This document shows positions 39,764 through 52,600 of a stretch of DNA of 64,000 nt, piece after piece; the stretch's first letter is position 1, and each line of letters begins with the position of its first letter. The notes under the pieces were generated by a model. That model was not told the DNA's origin, made no database searches, and saw nothing but the letters and a program-made list of their open reading frames with translations. The stretch is from Iphione sp. A-MEVVRFRX5 (lineage: Eukaryota), in contig OZ320315.1 in NCBI GenBank assembly GCA_976226885.1, positions 109,430,001 to 109,494,000 of the forward strand, given 5' to 3'. A program made the position numbers and the translations under genes.

Positions 39764-42700
39764 ATGTCTACAGTTAGGCCAACCCTATCAGTTTCACCAG
39801 TTGACTGTTTTATTGATGATGTGATCACAATTAGAGTGGAAGGTCTCAAACCTAACCAGCCTGTTACCATTGCAACATATCTATGTGAGTCAAAACAACA
39901 ATGGACTTCATATGCACACTATTTTGCATCGGTGGATGGCATCTTGGACCTACATGAAGCCACCTCCATTGGTGGTTCTTACAAAGGTTCTTAATTATAA
40001 CATAATTTACAAAGGTGAATGTATGTACTCACAAGCATAGTATAATTTCATACTGAAATTTTCCCTTTCTAACCACAAGCAATTCCTGCTATCATTAATT
40101 TATCTGATGGTGAAACTCTTATTAATTTAGAAACTTACTTTAATGATGCAGAGTAGATCTTTACACTTTGTTTGTAGTCATATTTTGTACTTTGTCTTTA
40201 ATTTCATCAGGTGTGGATCCTATGGGTCTCTTCTGGAGTATTTCTGTTGTTGATAATGATACTGCTGAACTTGTTAAATGTGATGTGACCACTCCTTTTG
40301 TGATATCAGTATCAGTCCTAGAAGATCACATCAAGCCAACATTCTCTAACAGAGATACATATCTAGTGCAGTCTACTATTGAAAGACATTACATGGGAAA
40401 GGATGTAAAAAGAGTTCCAGTAGAAGTTGGAAGAATCAGAGGAACACTTTTTGTACCAAAAGGTAATGCAGATTGCTGTTCAGAAAGATCTATAATCATT
40501 TTGCACTTTTGCTATACTTCTGTCATAGGACAAATCTCTTCTGCTTTTTTGCCTCTTGTATCTGTTTGTTGGAAAGATGTATTTAAATAGTAACCTAGTT
40601 TAAAACAAAAATACAGTAGTTTTATGAATTGTAAGATGAGAAAGGTTTAAATATGAGTTAGGAAGTAAAAGAAGAGTCGGTCCACTAAAAAACTGAGAAA
40701 TTGTATAATTAGTTCTAATACGAGTGACTAAAAGTGTTTTCCTCTACTTACCTTAGTGGGGGTTGTGTCTGTTTATATAAGGATATATATTATGTGCAAT
40801 TGGACACATGTTGCAAGGTGTCTTGTGAGCTATTCTGATATAATTACCTCATTGATGATTAAGAGTTTTAATAGTCCCATGACTACTGCTTTGTAAAATA
40901 TTATTTTGTATTTACGAGATCATGAATTCTTAATAATTTTCAAAGTGTACCATGATTTAAGGCCTATTGAATCAGTAATATGGAGTTAATATCTACCTGA
41001 ATTTGGATCTTTTAGCACCATTAAATCAATTAAGAGTAAAAATAGAGCTGGAGGCTGCTAGGTGGCTATGAATCCATGAAGTAATAAGTAACCAGTTGAT
41101 TGGTTGTGAATATATATTATCTTGCATTTAGTATTTCTGTGGTTGTAGCTGTCATTGGCCTACATGGCATGGCCTACTAAATATAGCCTTTTTTTCTAGG
41201 AGCAAAAGGTCAACAGTTCCCAGGGATTATTGACCTCTATGGTCTAACTGGTGGTCTTAGGGAAGCCCGTGCAGCTATGTTAGCCTCCAGAGGATTTGTC
41301 AGTTTTGCATTAGCATACATGAACTATAAGGATCTCTCAAAGAAACCATCAATTTTGGATCTTGAATATTTTGAGGTACTGTCTGTGTTATTAAATTTAA
41401 ATGCAAGTAACAGCAACTCAGTAGATGGATTCATTTTCAGGGTTTCCTTGATCTTTATGTCTGGCTTGTTTTGTCTGAATTAATGGTCAAAATCTAGGAT
41501 ATTTTGACAGCAGAGTGTCAAGTCCTAACATAAGTTTAGCATCGCCCATACCCATATATGTTTATGAATATATAGAAAGTAATTCTGTGATATGTTTATT
41601 TAGATATACAAATTAGTAGCAAGCATGATACCAAGTGGCTCTTATAAATTGACAACATCTTTTATAATTATATGTTTTTATATCACAAGAGTGTTTTTCA
41701 AATATTTTTTCAATATATCTTAATGTAGACAGACTTGTAAGTATGAAGAATAAAGAAAAATGATATATGATACATTTCCTATGTCAGGCAGCTATTTTGT
41801 GCTTATCTATTCATGAATCATAATATATCAATCAAATAATATATGCATAAATAGGAGGCTGTGGATTGGTTAAATGAGCACCCCAGTGTCATCAAGGACC
41901 AGCTTGGGATAATAGGCCTCTCAAAGGGAGGGCAGATAGCTTTATACATAAGCACAATCACTAATAAGGTAGGTACTGAAACCATTGGATTTGACTGTAT
42001 ACCAAGTTTGTTTTGGGAGATTGCCAAACATTGGTTATACTTAAGAACTTTGGTAATCTCAGTTTACTCGAGTACACAAAGGAATTGTTGTCAGGTGTGG
42101 TGTGGTATAATAGAATTATCCCTGAGACAGTGTCCCATATGACATACTTCGATATACTAACAGTTCACCAACCACTATTCTGGCTATCAGTCATCCACTT
42201 ACTGATGTTATTGACAAAGGAGCAGTTGTCAGTTTTCTGGAACTTGAGAGTCATCTGTAGTCTTAGAGATTAACAACTTTTTAATAGAATGAACCTGTCA
42301 GCAGTGCGTTTAAAATTTGTCTTCTTTATGTATGAAAAGCACTTGATTCTATCTGATAAATAAATGTTCAGAAATATTTCTATCTATAATGTTTTGTTTG
42401 TCCAGCTTAATTCATAAGCTGTGCAACTATTGATTAAAAAACAATCCTGCTCTCTGTATCAGGTGAAGGCAGTTGTTGCTATAAATTGCAATTTCTACGC
42501 TTGTATTATTCCATTCAGCTATAAGGGAGTTAAGATGCCCTCATTACCGTAAGTATTTATATATGACAGATTGATCAATTTAGTCGACCATTATTATTAT
42601 TTCCTGCATTATGAACATATTGGATTATACACATTCAATTCATAGTGAAGATATATATAGTGAGCATTTTGAACCAAATACAGAGGATATGCAAAAGCCG

Positions 42701-44846
42701 AACACTCAAAAACTGAATTTTCCCAAATCTGAACATAATTGGCTGGCATCAATCATTTATCTCTGTTAAAATACTCATATAACCGAAACTTTTTATCCAA
42801 AATCTGAATAAATTTTGGATGACTTTGGAACATTTTTGCCAATTTTCAGATCAATTTGGATCATTTTTGCCAGTTTTGTTGATTTTCAGATCAATTTGGC
42901 TGAAATATGCTTATTTTCAGACAGATTTGCTTGAGATTTGCCAATTTTCAGATGAATTTGCCTGAGATTTTCCATAGACTACAAACAGGATGTGGAAAAG
43001 TGGCCTTAAGCCACAATTTGAAATCAAATTTTCCAAAATCCTTGAATTGCTTGAATCATTTGGATTTCGAGTATCGACTGTAGTTATAATGAAGTCAAGG
43101 TATTCTATGGAAACTGAGTGCTTGAAATTAGTCATCCTGATGTTTAACAAAGAGATGTAGTCTTATTATGACATCTTTATAATTTCTTCTTGTGCTTTTC
43201 CTTATAAAGTTATGCCATGAACAGCTTGAACAGTGCACACAACAGGGGCGTGGAGTCCCTCTGTATGCAGCTCAGGCCTCGGGCCCTGCAAGTGCACTGA
43301 CCAGTTAGAAACAGTGGCATGGGGCGCAATCCCATGGCAGTACACTGCCAGGCAAGATGATAGCCTGGGTGTTCGAAACCTAGCATAGGGGGACGATGCA
43401 CATAAGTGGAGTGTTGAGCTCCTACATTGTGCAGCTTGGGACTTGTCCCACAGTAGTGCACCACCACAACCGGGCCCAGTGGAGAAGGGAGTCCATCTTT
43501 CTCCCCCACTGGTTGTCCCACACTTGGACTGGTTACTCATTGGCTGGCGTAACAACCACGTCAGCTCACTACAGCGGTTGCAGACACTTGGGACAACTAG
43601 CCCACGATAGTGCCCTGCATGGCCTGCCATACCTCCACCATCCCAGACCCAGCAATCCTCACCGCAGCTCCATGGATGCCAATGGCAGAGTAACCCAACA
43701 TACTATACACAGAGACAGATGAAACTCCACTTCAGAATTGGGCTGCCTGATCGGCGAATCCCTGCAGTCTTCAATACTGCAAACCCTAAAGATTAACGAA
43801 CGGAATTGATCAGAACCCTGATTTCTAGAATTCTTTTGTATTTGTCTTTTATTATACTTTCAGTCCAGATTTTACACGCATCAAAACCAAGGATGACTGG
43901 TTTATCATGAAGGACTGTTACTACAAAGTGTCCAATATTGAAGACTATATTATACCAGTATGGCCTTATAGAATAATTTTCCTAAACCCTTAATTAGTAA
44001 TCATTATATATTTTTGTATATAAGCAGTCATTACATAGCTACAAATCTCTGAAATTAACAAACCTGATTACTACATTGTTAACTGACCATCGCAGTACTG
44101 CTTTCTTTCGCTTATTAAGGAATCTTTTATTACAATAAGAGAGGATGAATATCTATTTTATGTTGTATAGAATCTGTGTTTTTACATGATACAGTCAACT
44201 GTAATAACTTAGTTCTAACCAAATTTTGTCTATCATATATTTTAATTCTGATGGTCTCAGGTGGAGAAGAGTAGTTCAGCTGAGTTTCTTCTCATTCATG
44301 GTGGGGATGATGAGTTTGTAATGCCAGATAATGGTCCACGATTAATCCAGTATCTTTGGAATCATGGCCACAGAAATGCTGCTCTTCATGTCTACCCCGG
44401 TGCAGGTCATCTTATTGAAATGCCCTACACTCCACTATGTAAAGGCTATGTTGATAAGCGTTATGGTAGGAAACTGTTCTTTTTCATCATTATGTTTCAT
44501 CTGTAAACAAAAGAAATTATTGTATATGTAGTCAGATAATCTTGTAGAAATATGATGAATAAAAATATTTTGCACCCTAGTATTTGAAGTAATACTTTTA
44601 GTTACCCAGAAAGAAAATGTCATAAATCTAGTTGCTAAAATATGTTTCTGGGCAGAAACATAACTACTTTCAATAAAAGAAAATTGCTTCTGTTTCTGTT
44701 TAGTAAAGCCGTTATCTTTCTTTTTAGGAAGAAAAATTTACTATGGTGGATACAATGCCCTTCATGCATATGCATAAGAAGATGTTTGGTGCAAAGTGCT
44801 GAATTTCTTTAATACTAGACTGCGAGTACATACTTCTAAACTCTGA
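39764..44846 (+). pseudogene. Acyl-CoA thioesterase / BAAT-like copy 3 with a premature stop in the last exon (truncated or pseudogene allele)
   Basis: Exons 39764-39986, 40211-40462, 41200-41375, 41855-41968, 42463-42548, 43864-43957, 44261-44465, 44728-44846. Triad intact (GLSKG, GGDD, GAGH). TAA at 44775-44777 replaces the CAA (Gln) of copies 1, 2 and 4; the downstream frame still reads ...HTSKL* to 44846. The exon-1 donor (GTTCTT) is weak. Confidence 0.8.
42681..43080 (+). mobile_element. Tc1/mariner(pogo)-like MITE in copy-3 intron 5
   Basis: TA|CAGAGGATA...TATCGACTG|TA, imperfect TIR, 400 bp, internal 22-bp repeats; same family as 36786-37188. Confidence 0.65.
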
Positions 44847-45305
44847 ACTGAGGAAAAAGGACTGGCAATAATCTCTCTTCTAATAGGGTATACCCTAAAA
44901 TGGTTAATTATGAGCAAAATAAAGGATTGGACATGGTACATTGATTAAGAAAAATTTTATCCCATTGAAAAGTCCTAACAACACTCCTAATGTATTGTAG
45001 TATAATGACTTTCATAGTACATGTAATTAATATTGTGGTCAGGGCCTATACTGGCTCCATCAACAGGTAGGGCCAGAGCCTGTACTGGCTTTGCCCTGAG
45101 GTGTCCAGTGGGGGAAGGAATTACGTACTATAAAAGATAGTTTTGATGGAGTTGTACACAGTTGAATCTTTATTCATCAGTAATAAACTTTTAAACTCAA
45201 ACTGTCGTATGGCTCCTCAATGGGGGTGACAGTATATCATCAGATGTGCTATTAGGTATTAATATATAACCTAAAATGCACTGGTCCAAATCAAACATGT
45301 AAGTT

Positions 45306-45643
45306 AGGCTAAAAAAAAAATAGGTGTGTTTCTGCCAAAAACCTAGGTAGGGAGGGGGGGTATCTTTTTATTTTTTAGATTTTTTTCCCAGTTTCTTCCT
45401 CTGGTTTTCAATAATAGAGACAATATCAATAATTTTGACCAATCTGTATGAGTTTTACAGCATTTTAGTGAATTTCCATGGATTTTGTTGTCTTTCTACT
45501 GAATTTACCAAAAAGTTGTGTCTTGTGTCATGAAAACACATATCTAAGGAAATTCAGCCCTGGAAACCCTTTGGAGCGAAACTTTTTTTAGGTAGGATCT
45601 AGGTAGGGGTGGGTTACCAGAAACACACTTATTTTTTTGGCCT
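45306..45643. mobile_element. MITE with about 28-bp TIRs (superfamily uncertain, Kolobok-like)
   Basis: AGGCTAAAAAAAAAATAGGTGTGTTTCTG at the left end and CAGAAACACACTTATTTTTTTGGCCT at the right end. Confidence 0.6.
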
Positions 45644-46783
45644 TCTATATTTTATTATCTTAAAAAGCCTAAATGGGCCAAGGGACATTATAATGCTATG
45701 AAACATGTTTTCATTTATGTTATATTCTGTCACTCACAATATACTGTTATACTAGTATTGTATGTTATTGATTCTCTTTATGAATGTACATTAGATGACT
45801 GTATGCCTGAAAGCGACGTCAGGATCAACCTTAGAACTGGTTATGAATAATCAATACGTACACAAGGTAAATGATATCAACTTGTGAACAGAAATTTGAT
45901 GATTTAACTCGAAAACTTCCATCAGACAGTAGTATGGTGTCATGATTTATATTCCCGACAAATTCAGTTACACTACTACTTTTAAGAATCTCGTTTAATA
46001 TATCATTAACTGGACTATGGAGTAACAGTACTGGAATGTCGGAACATGTTCTGCCAAGTCCAGAACCAGACATGATTATGGTTATACATGACTATGTATA
46101 TGACATACTACTCATACCAAGAGGTTATGACCCTGAATCTGCTACATTATTATGTACAGGGCAGTCTAGTTAACCAAGACATGTAGGGGTCCATAGGATC
46201 GGTGACAAATGTCACAACATCAGTTTCCATGATGCTACACTACTCAACTGTCCCACTCAGAGGTGATTTGTTCCCTGGCCGAGTCAAATGACCAGTCCCT
46301 GGGAGGGTTGGATTGGTCTCAGATTGTTATAGCTAATCTTTTTACATTTCTTGGCTACAGATCATTTTTTGCTGCTTAGCAAAGATTCTGTACCTAGGAA
46401 ATGAATTCGGGTTGACTTTAACAATCAAGGATAGATGACAGTTGCACAATTCCCAACCCTTCCAGCGAGGGGTTCATTTTGTTCTTCCATTTTATTTGTC
46501 TGCACACTGGAGACTAGTATCCTGTCTTTTTTCCATCGCATGTGAATTACGAATCTAGGGACAGGGTAGCAGTCTAGCACACTCATGCATCATCTTGCAC
46601 TCTCTCTTGAGAAATCCATTATATTGCACTTAACTACTCTCAGACAATGTTCTGTACTAGGTAGAATAGAGTAAGCATGCATTCGCAGGATGTGAGTGTT
46701 AGAGGAATAATGCTTTATAAAGGGTCAGTACAGCTTTTATGGTGACCACTTACCATTAAGTGTGAAACTGCATTTGTTAGTAC

Positions 46784-46900
46784 ACATTGACCAATCTCTG
46801 GGAGGATTGGACATTGATCAATCTCTGGGAGGATTGGACATTGACCAATCTCTGGGAGGATTGGACATTGACCAATCTCTGGGAGGACTGGACATTGTCC
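46784..46900. repeat. 27-bp minisatellite, about 4.3 copies
   Basis: Unit ACATTGACCAATCTCTGGGAGGATTGG starting at 46784, 46811, 46838 and 46865. Confidence 0.92.
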
Positions 46901-46965
46901 GACTCTCACGTCTCTTTGATTTCTAACACAACGCTCTGGTCATAAATTGGATGAAGGTATTTACT

Positions 46966-47135
46966 CATGCCCGTAGCCTAGGAGGTATCGGAGGTATCGT
47001 CCAATACCCCACAAAGCCTTTACTGTCTATTAATTGGCCTTTACAGACTTATAGGAATGGAAAAAATAGTTCCACCCCTGTGGTATTTGGGGTATCGTCC
47101 GATGCCCCCCAGAAAACTGCCTGGCTACAGGCCTG
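46966..47135. mobile_element. 170-bp MITE with about 16-bp TIRs
   Basis: CATGCCCGTAGCCTAGG ... CCTGGCTACAGGCCTG, flanked on both sides by TTACT. Confidence 0.55.
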
Positions 47136-49617
47136 TTACTAATACTGGTATAGAAAATTACAACCCGTCTATAAAGAGAAATATAAAAAGGATATGTTGG
47201 CATATCTAACTGAAGTGTTAATGGAGAGATAATGGTTGTGTAAATCCTTGCAACTCAAGGGAAAAAGCAGTGTAAAACATGGTCGTAATGCTACAACTAA
47301 ATGAAAAAAATACATTTGCAATGATGTTAGTTGGTAAAAGTGTAAAATTCATTAATTGATTCTATCCAACTATCACCATTTCATAGAAATACGATTGGGA
47401 AAAAATAATCATTCAACTTGATAACACCCTAGTATTCAGTCAAGACCTTCAGCTAAGACAAACTGAGTCTAATATATGTTTGTACAGTCTAGACAGTAGC
47501 ACTTACTCTGTGGGCAGTTCAACTAGGAGTGCTAGTTAGAATTGTGGGGAAGGTTTTGGCTGGTGGAAATAGATTATTTGCCATTTATATAATCAACTCA
47601 GGTAGCAAGGCAGCTGATAGATAAAAGCAAAATTGCTCAGTCCCATTAGTAATTTTAAATAGGAATTACTGCTGTAGGTATTTCTTCCTTCATTGGAGAC
47701 TCCTCAGTGAAAACTGCCACTTTTGATACCTGTTAGAACAAATACAGAATGAATATGCTCTATATGTCCCTATTTATTGAACTTAATTGAAACCACATCA
47801 TTTCTAGAATGATGTCCTGTTTATTCATTCTCCAGATTCATATGTAAATGCTTCGTGATATTTGCTGACTTTCCAGTGACAGTAACACCTATAGAGACAA
47901 CATTCAAGCCCTTGTAAGAGGGCGGGAGAGAAGACTTAAAACAGTGCTCTATATAAGTGGGAACAGTGTGGTAGTACAACAGGGTGCAATTATATATTGG
48001 CCAATGGGAGCTAAGCTTTTCATGAGGTGATATCTACCCGAGGCACAGTTTACACTCATCTAAGGATTAAACACCAGCTCTACTCATCATATCTGGGATT
48101 CAATCTGGAAGACTGAGCCAGATGCATTCCTCCACTCAGTACAATGTATGTCAGATCTATTACACCTACTGTCATGGAAGGATTTCATAAAAGCTGCTGC
48201 ACTGGCACTTGTGCCATTGCACATCTGCATTATAGTCCAGCACCATACTCAAGCAGCCAAAGGATTGAGTCAGCAAGTTCAGTACCATATCATTGCTACT
48301 CAGCGGAAAGAGTGGCATTGCCTTGCATATCTTTTCACATCACAATAACCTCTACTATATATAATAACCATTGAACATTGCCACTCTGGATTCATGGGCT
48401 TTAGATATATCTTGGGGCAGCATTAAAATATAACAAGGATTTGCATTAGAAATTTCTAAAGGGAGCTATGGATGAGAAATTAAGTATAAAGGCCATATTT
48501 GACAACTGTCCCTGATGCTTTACAGGTCTATCTACTACATTTACTATGGTAATCACATTCCCATTATTGTTATTATATCTCTCACTGATGAACTGTATTA
48601 TCAAGCAGGTTATAATAGAGTAGTATGGTTTAATATTTGTATAATTGGATTATAATAGTTGATGAAATGTAATATAAAAAGTGTTATAGTGGTGCAGGAT
48701 GGTTTCGCCTTTGTATTACTAGATTATAAATGGCAATGAAATGTGATTTGAAACATATGACAATAGAATAGCAGGATCCATTAGTTCATTGAAACAGATA
48801 GCACCTGTATTGTATTAATTTCCTTGTATACCACATTAACACCATTTAACATCCTAATATCTTCTTACATACTCTTAATCATGTATTTTCCAGAATAAAC
48901 ATTGATATTCAAGAAAGCCTTGTTTGACTATGCTCACTGTGATAATCAATTTCCTATCACTGTTACACATCTTTGTAAGTACCAGTGGACTGAGTATATT
49001 AACAAATTCTGTGTCTAGTGGAAAGATAACGTCCATGAATAGAACTTAAACTCTTACCTGTATTTTTATGAGTGTACTGCTAACACAACTCTATGATATG
49101 CTGAAGGCAGATCAGGCCTACCGTATGAGATTATATGCACATGTGGGACAGTGGGTGAGTATCATAAATTTTGAATAATGTAACATAAATCTAGCAGCAT
49201 ATAATATATGACAGTAGCATGTGATATATTTTGTGTGCCAAAATATACATCATGGTTGACTGATGTGTTTGTTATAATAATATTACAGGATATAATATGC
49301 TCCGAATTACCAAGTAACAGTAGTTGACTAGGAGTTTAGGTATGGATTCTTAATAATTGTCCACTAGTTTGACCCCGTCCCATGAGACCACAGGTCAAGG
49401 GTGAAAGGGGTCAAACTAGCAGATAATTCATAATTAAACCTGGTTCTGACAATCTCATCTCACGTAATTCTAGTGAACAGTCAATTCGTATTGCTTAGGG
49501 CACAGAATCAATAAGTGTGCAGAAAAAAAAGAAGAGAATTTGTTTAATTAACCCATTGAATATTATTATTTTGTTTTATCTACAGATTTAGAAAAAAACA
49601 CTTGTCCTACAGTGAGA

Positions 49618-52600
49618 ATGTCTACCCCAAAGCCAGCCCTCTCAGTTTCCCAGACTAGCTCTTTGTTTGATGAAAAGGTTTTCATCAGAGTAAAAAATCT
49701 GAAACCTAACCAAGCAGTTACCATAGCAACATGTCTTAAGGAGTCAGGACAGAAGTGGACAGCACATGCACACTATCTGGTATCTGAGGATGGGAGTGTG
49801 GACCTGTGTAAAAATGCCTCACTTGGGGGTAGTTATAAAGGTAAATCAGACATATTGTCATTCTGCATTCAATGAAGAATGACACTAATTTGCTATGGCT
49901 TTGACATTTTTATTGCTAAACTTAGTAGCAGATCTCCATTCCTTAAGTAGCAATTTCTTTTTACCTAGGTCACCTGGCTAATTGCAATTGAAAAATCCAG
50001 CCACAGTATAGGTTATCTTCCCATGTTTACGACCGCATTTGCAGTCATTATGTTATTTCATACACTTCACATTTGTACTCAATAAAGCGGATTGCTCAGA
50101 TAACGAAGAAGTTCCCTTTGTTCATATTTGCTATGTTTATATATATGTATAGTCACTGAGTAGTTGTATGCAATATTTGTGATTTATTATTATTTATTTA
50201 TTCAACATTTATTCCCCAGGTGTGGATCCCATGGGTCTTTTCTGGAGTATTTCTATGCCCAATAATATGACTGCTAGACTTGTCAAACATGATGTCACCA
50301 CTCCTCTCATGATATCAGTGTCAGTTTTAGAAGATCATATCGAACCAACACACTCTGACACAGATGTACCACTGGTACAGGCAAATATTGCAAGATACTA
50401 CATGGGAGAGCATGTCACAAGAGTTCCTGTGCGAGAGGGAAGAATCAGAGGGACGCTATTTGTACCGAAAGGTATGGATATTTATTAGATCTCTTATTTT
50501 TCACAGCAAACACTTAATATGTTGCTAAGCTAATGCATTTCTTTAACACATTTTTCAAAGTGGCATGACTGTACACCTATTTGTAGGCCAGACATCAGCT
50601 TCACATATGGACGTTTTCAAGAGTGCTTTCAATGTGGACAAAACTGTTTAAACATTAAACCCAGCCATTCAATCATATCAAGATATGGACTAAGACTATC
50701 TCTATATTATTGTTTCTTCCCCTTTGGACTTTGCCTGTCTAGATATTATCTGAACCTTGTGGACATACTTCATTATGTGTGATATGTAATTGAACGGTCA
50801 AATATTCTGGAGAGATTGATGATGAATGCTAGAAATAGTATGATTTCTGACAAATTTAACCAATATTGTATAGTCTTAGCTTTAGGGCCATAATTATTCC
50901 ATTACAAGTTTGATAAATCAAAATAACTCTCTGACTGCATAGCTTATTATTTAATAAACAGAACTACTAAAAAACCAAATGTGCTACTGGCACTCCTTCT
51001 ACATTTGACTGATTCCACCAATAGATGTACCAACATGTATTCTCTGGGATGGTGTTTTTGTGTTGTAAATCAAATTTTAATTAATATTTTACTTCTGTTT
51101 TGATAGGGCTTGGTCTAGGGGGTATGAGGAAGCTGTAACAATTTTTTTAGCACTGTAAAATGATGTGTTCTTGTAGTTTTTAATTGTCCCGGAGAATACC
51201 GCTGGTACATCTATTGGTGGAATTAGTCATTTACATCGTGCTATTGCTCTCTATTTCAGAACACAAGCACTCTGTTACTTATCTGAAGAAACAATAATCA
51301 TCATTGCTTCTTGTTAAATAGTGCCAATCTAAAATTAAGATATCACACCAAAAATAATAAATCATCAAATGTATCATTCCATCCTGTGAAAAACATCCCT
51401 AAGGGATGAAAAGTTGGAATGAAATATTATCTTATCCTGTACTTATACTGTTATGAACACTTTTCTGTCTATAGAAATTCAAGTGGGGTGTTTTAACGAC
51501 ATTGACCATAATAAGCCTTTAGCCACATTGCTTGCATGGTGATAACTTTACTAATGCTAGTGAACGATTTATTGTGAGCTTTAAGTTTCAAGTGCTTTAT
51601 TGACCTCTCTGCACAAAGATTTACAGAGCTGAATAGGATGTCTAGACGCTTGCTTCTACATAGTAAACAAACAATCCGCGAGGTACCCCTACTATGCAGC
51701 GTATATACAAGTCCGCTAGGTGTCACAGATTTCACCCTTTCACGGATCACAGACTCTATCATGGACCGCTCTCACGGACCGACCAACCTTCTAGCATTGT
51801 ATGCTCTTATTACATTCACACACTACATTTCTAAGCTAGTGATAAAGTGTGCACAATAGGTTTTTTGTGTGACTTTTACTATTCTAGGATCACCAGGTCA
51901 GCAGTTTCCAGGAATCATTGACCTCTATGGTTTATCTGGTAGTATTAAGAAGTCTCGTGCTGCCCTGTTAGCCTCAAGAGGCTTTCTCACTCTGTCTTTG
52001 GCATACATGAACTATGAGGATCTACCAAAGACAACAAATGCTATTGACCTTGAATATTTTGAAGTAAGTTGAATCTTCTTGCAAACACCCCTTTATGTTT
52101 TATCAGGGAATGGTAGCTTTGTTTGTTACTGTTCAGCTTTTATTACCATGAAATTCATTACATGAAATTTTTTTGGATATGAGTTACACTCTGAATTTTA
52201 AAAAAATGGTATATAGTGTTGATTTCAATAGCATACATACACCATAATCTTGTATTTCTAATTAATTGAATTACCTCCATCAAACATAAAGATCTACACA
52301 AGAAACAGCTATCAACTTAGCAAAACTTCTCTGTTTCTAATTTGAAAAACAAATAATTATTCAAAACAAATTTTAGTATTATATATTCAATACTTGCTCT
52401 TCTTACAGCTTATCCATTATGAAAGATTCCAGTATATTAATTGACCATGGATATTTATATTTATATTATGTATATAAAAATCTACTTTTAGGAGGCTGTG
52501 AATTGGTTAAACAAGCACCACAGTGTCCTCAAAGACCACCTTGGTGTGATAGGTCTATCTCTGGGAGCAGAGATAGCCATTTTGATCAGCACAATTACAG

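Noticed and set aside
44775-44780. Programmed stop-codon readthrough creating a hidden PTS1
   Set aside because: The stop is UAA followed by GAA, not the UGA-CUAG context known for peroxisomal readthrough, and the other paralogs have a sense codon here.
47600-48430. Possible transposase or recombinase remnant
   Set aside because: Only vague motif resemblance in broken frames; no TIRs or TSD identified.
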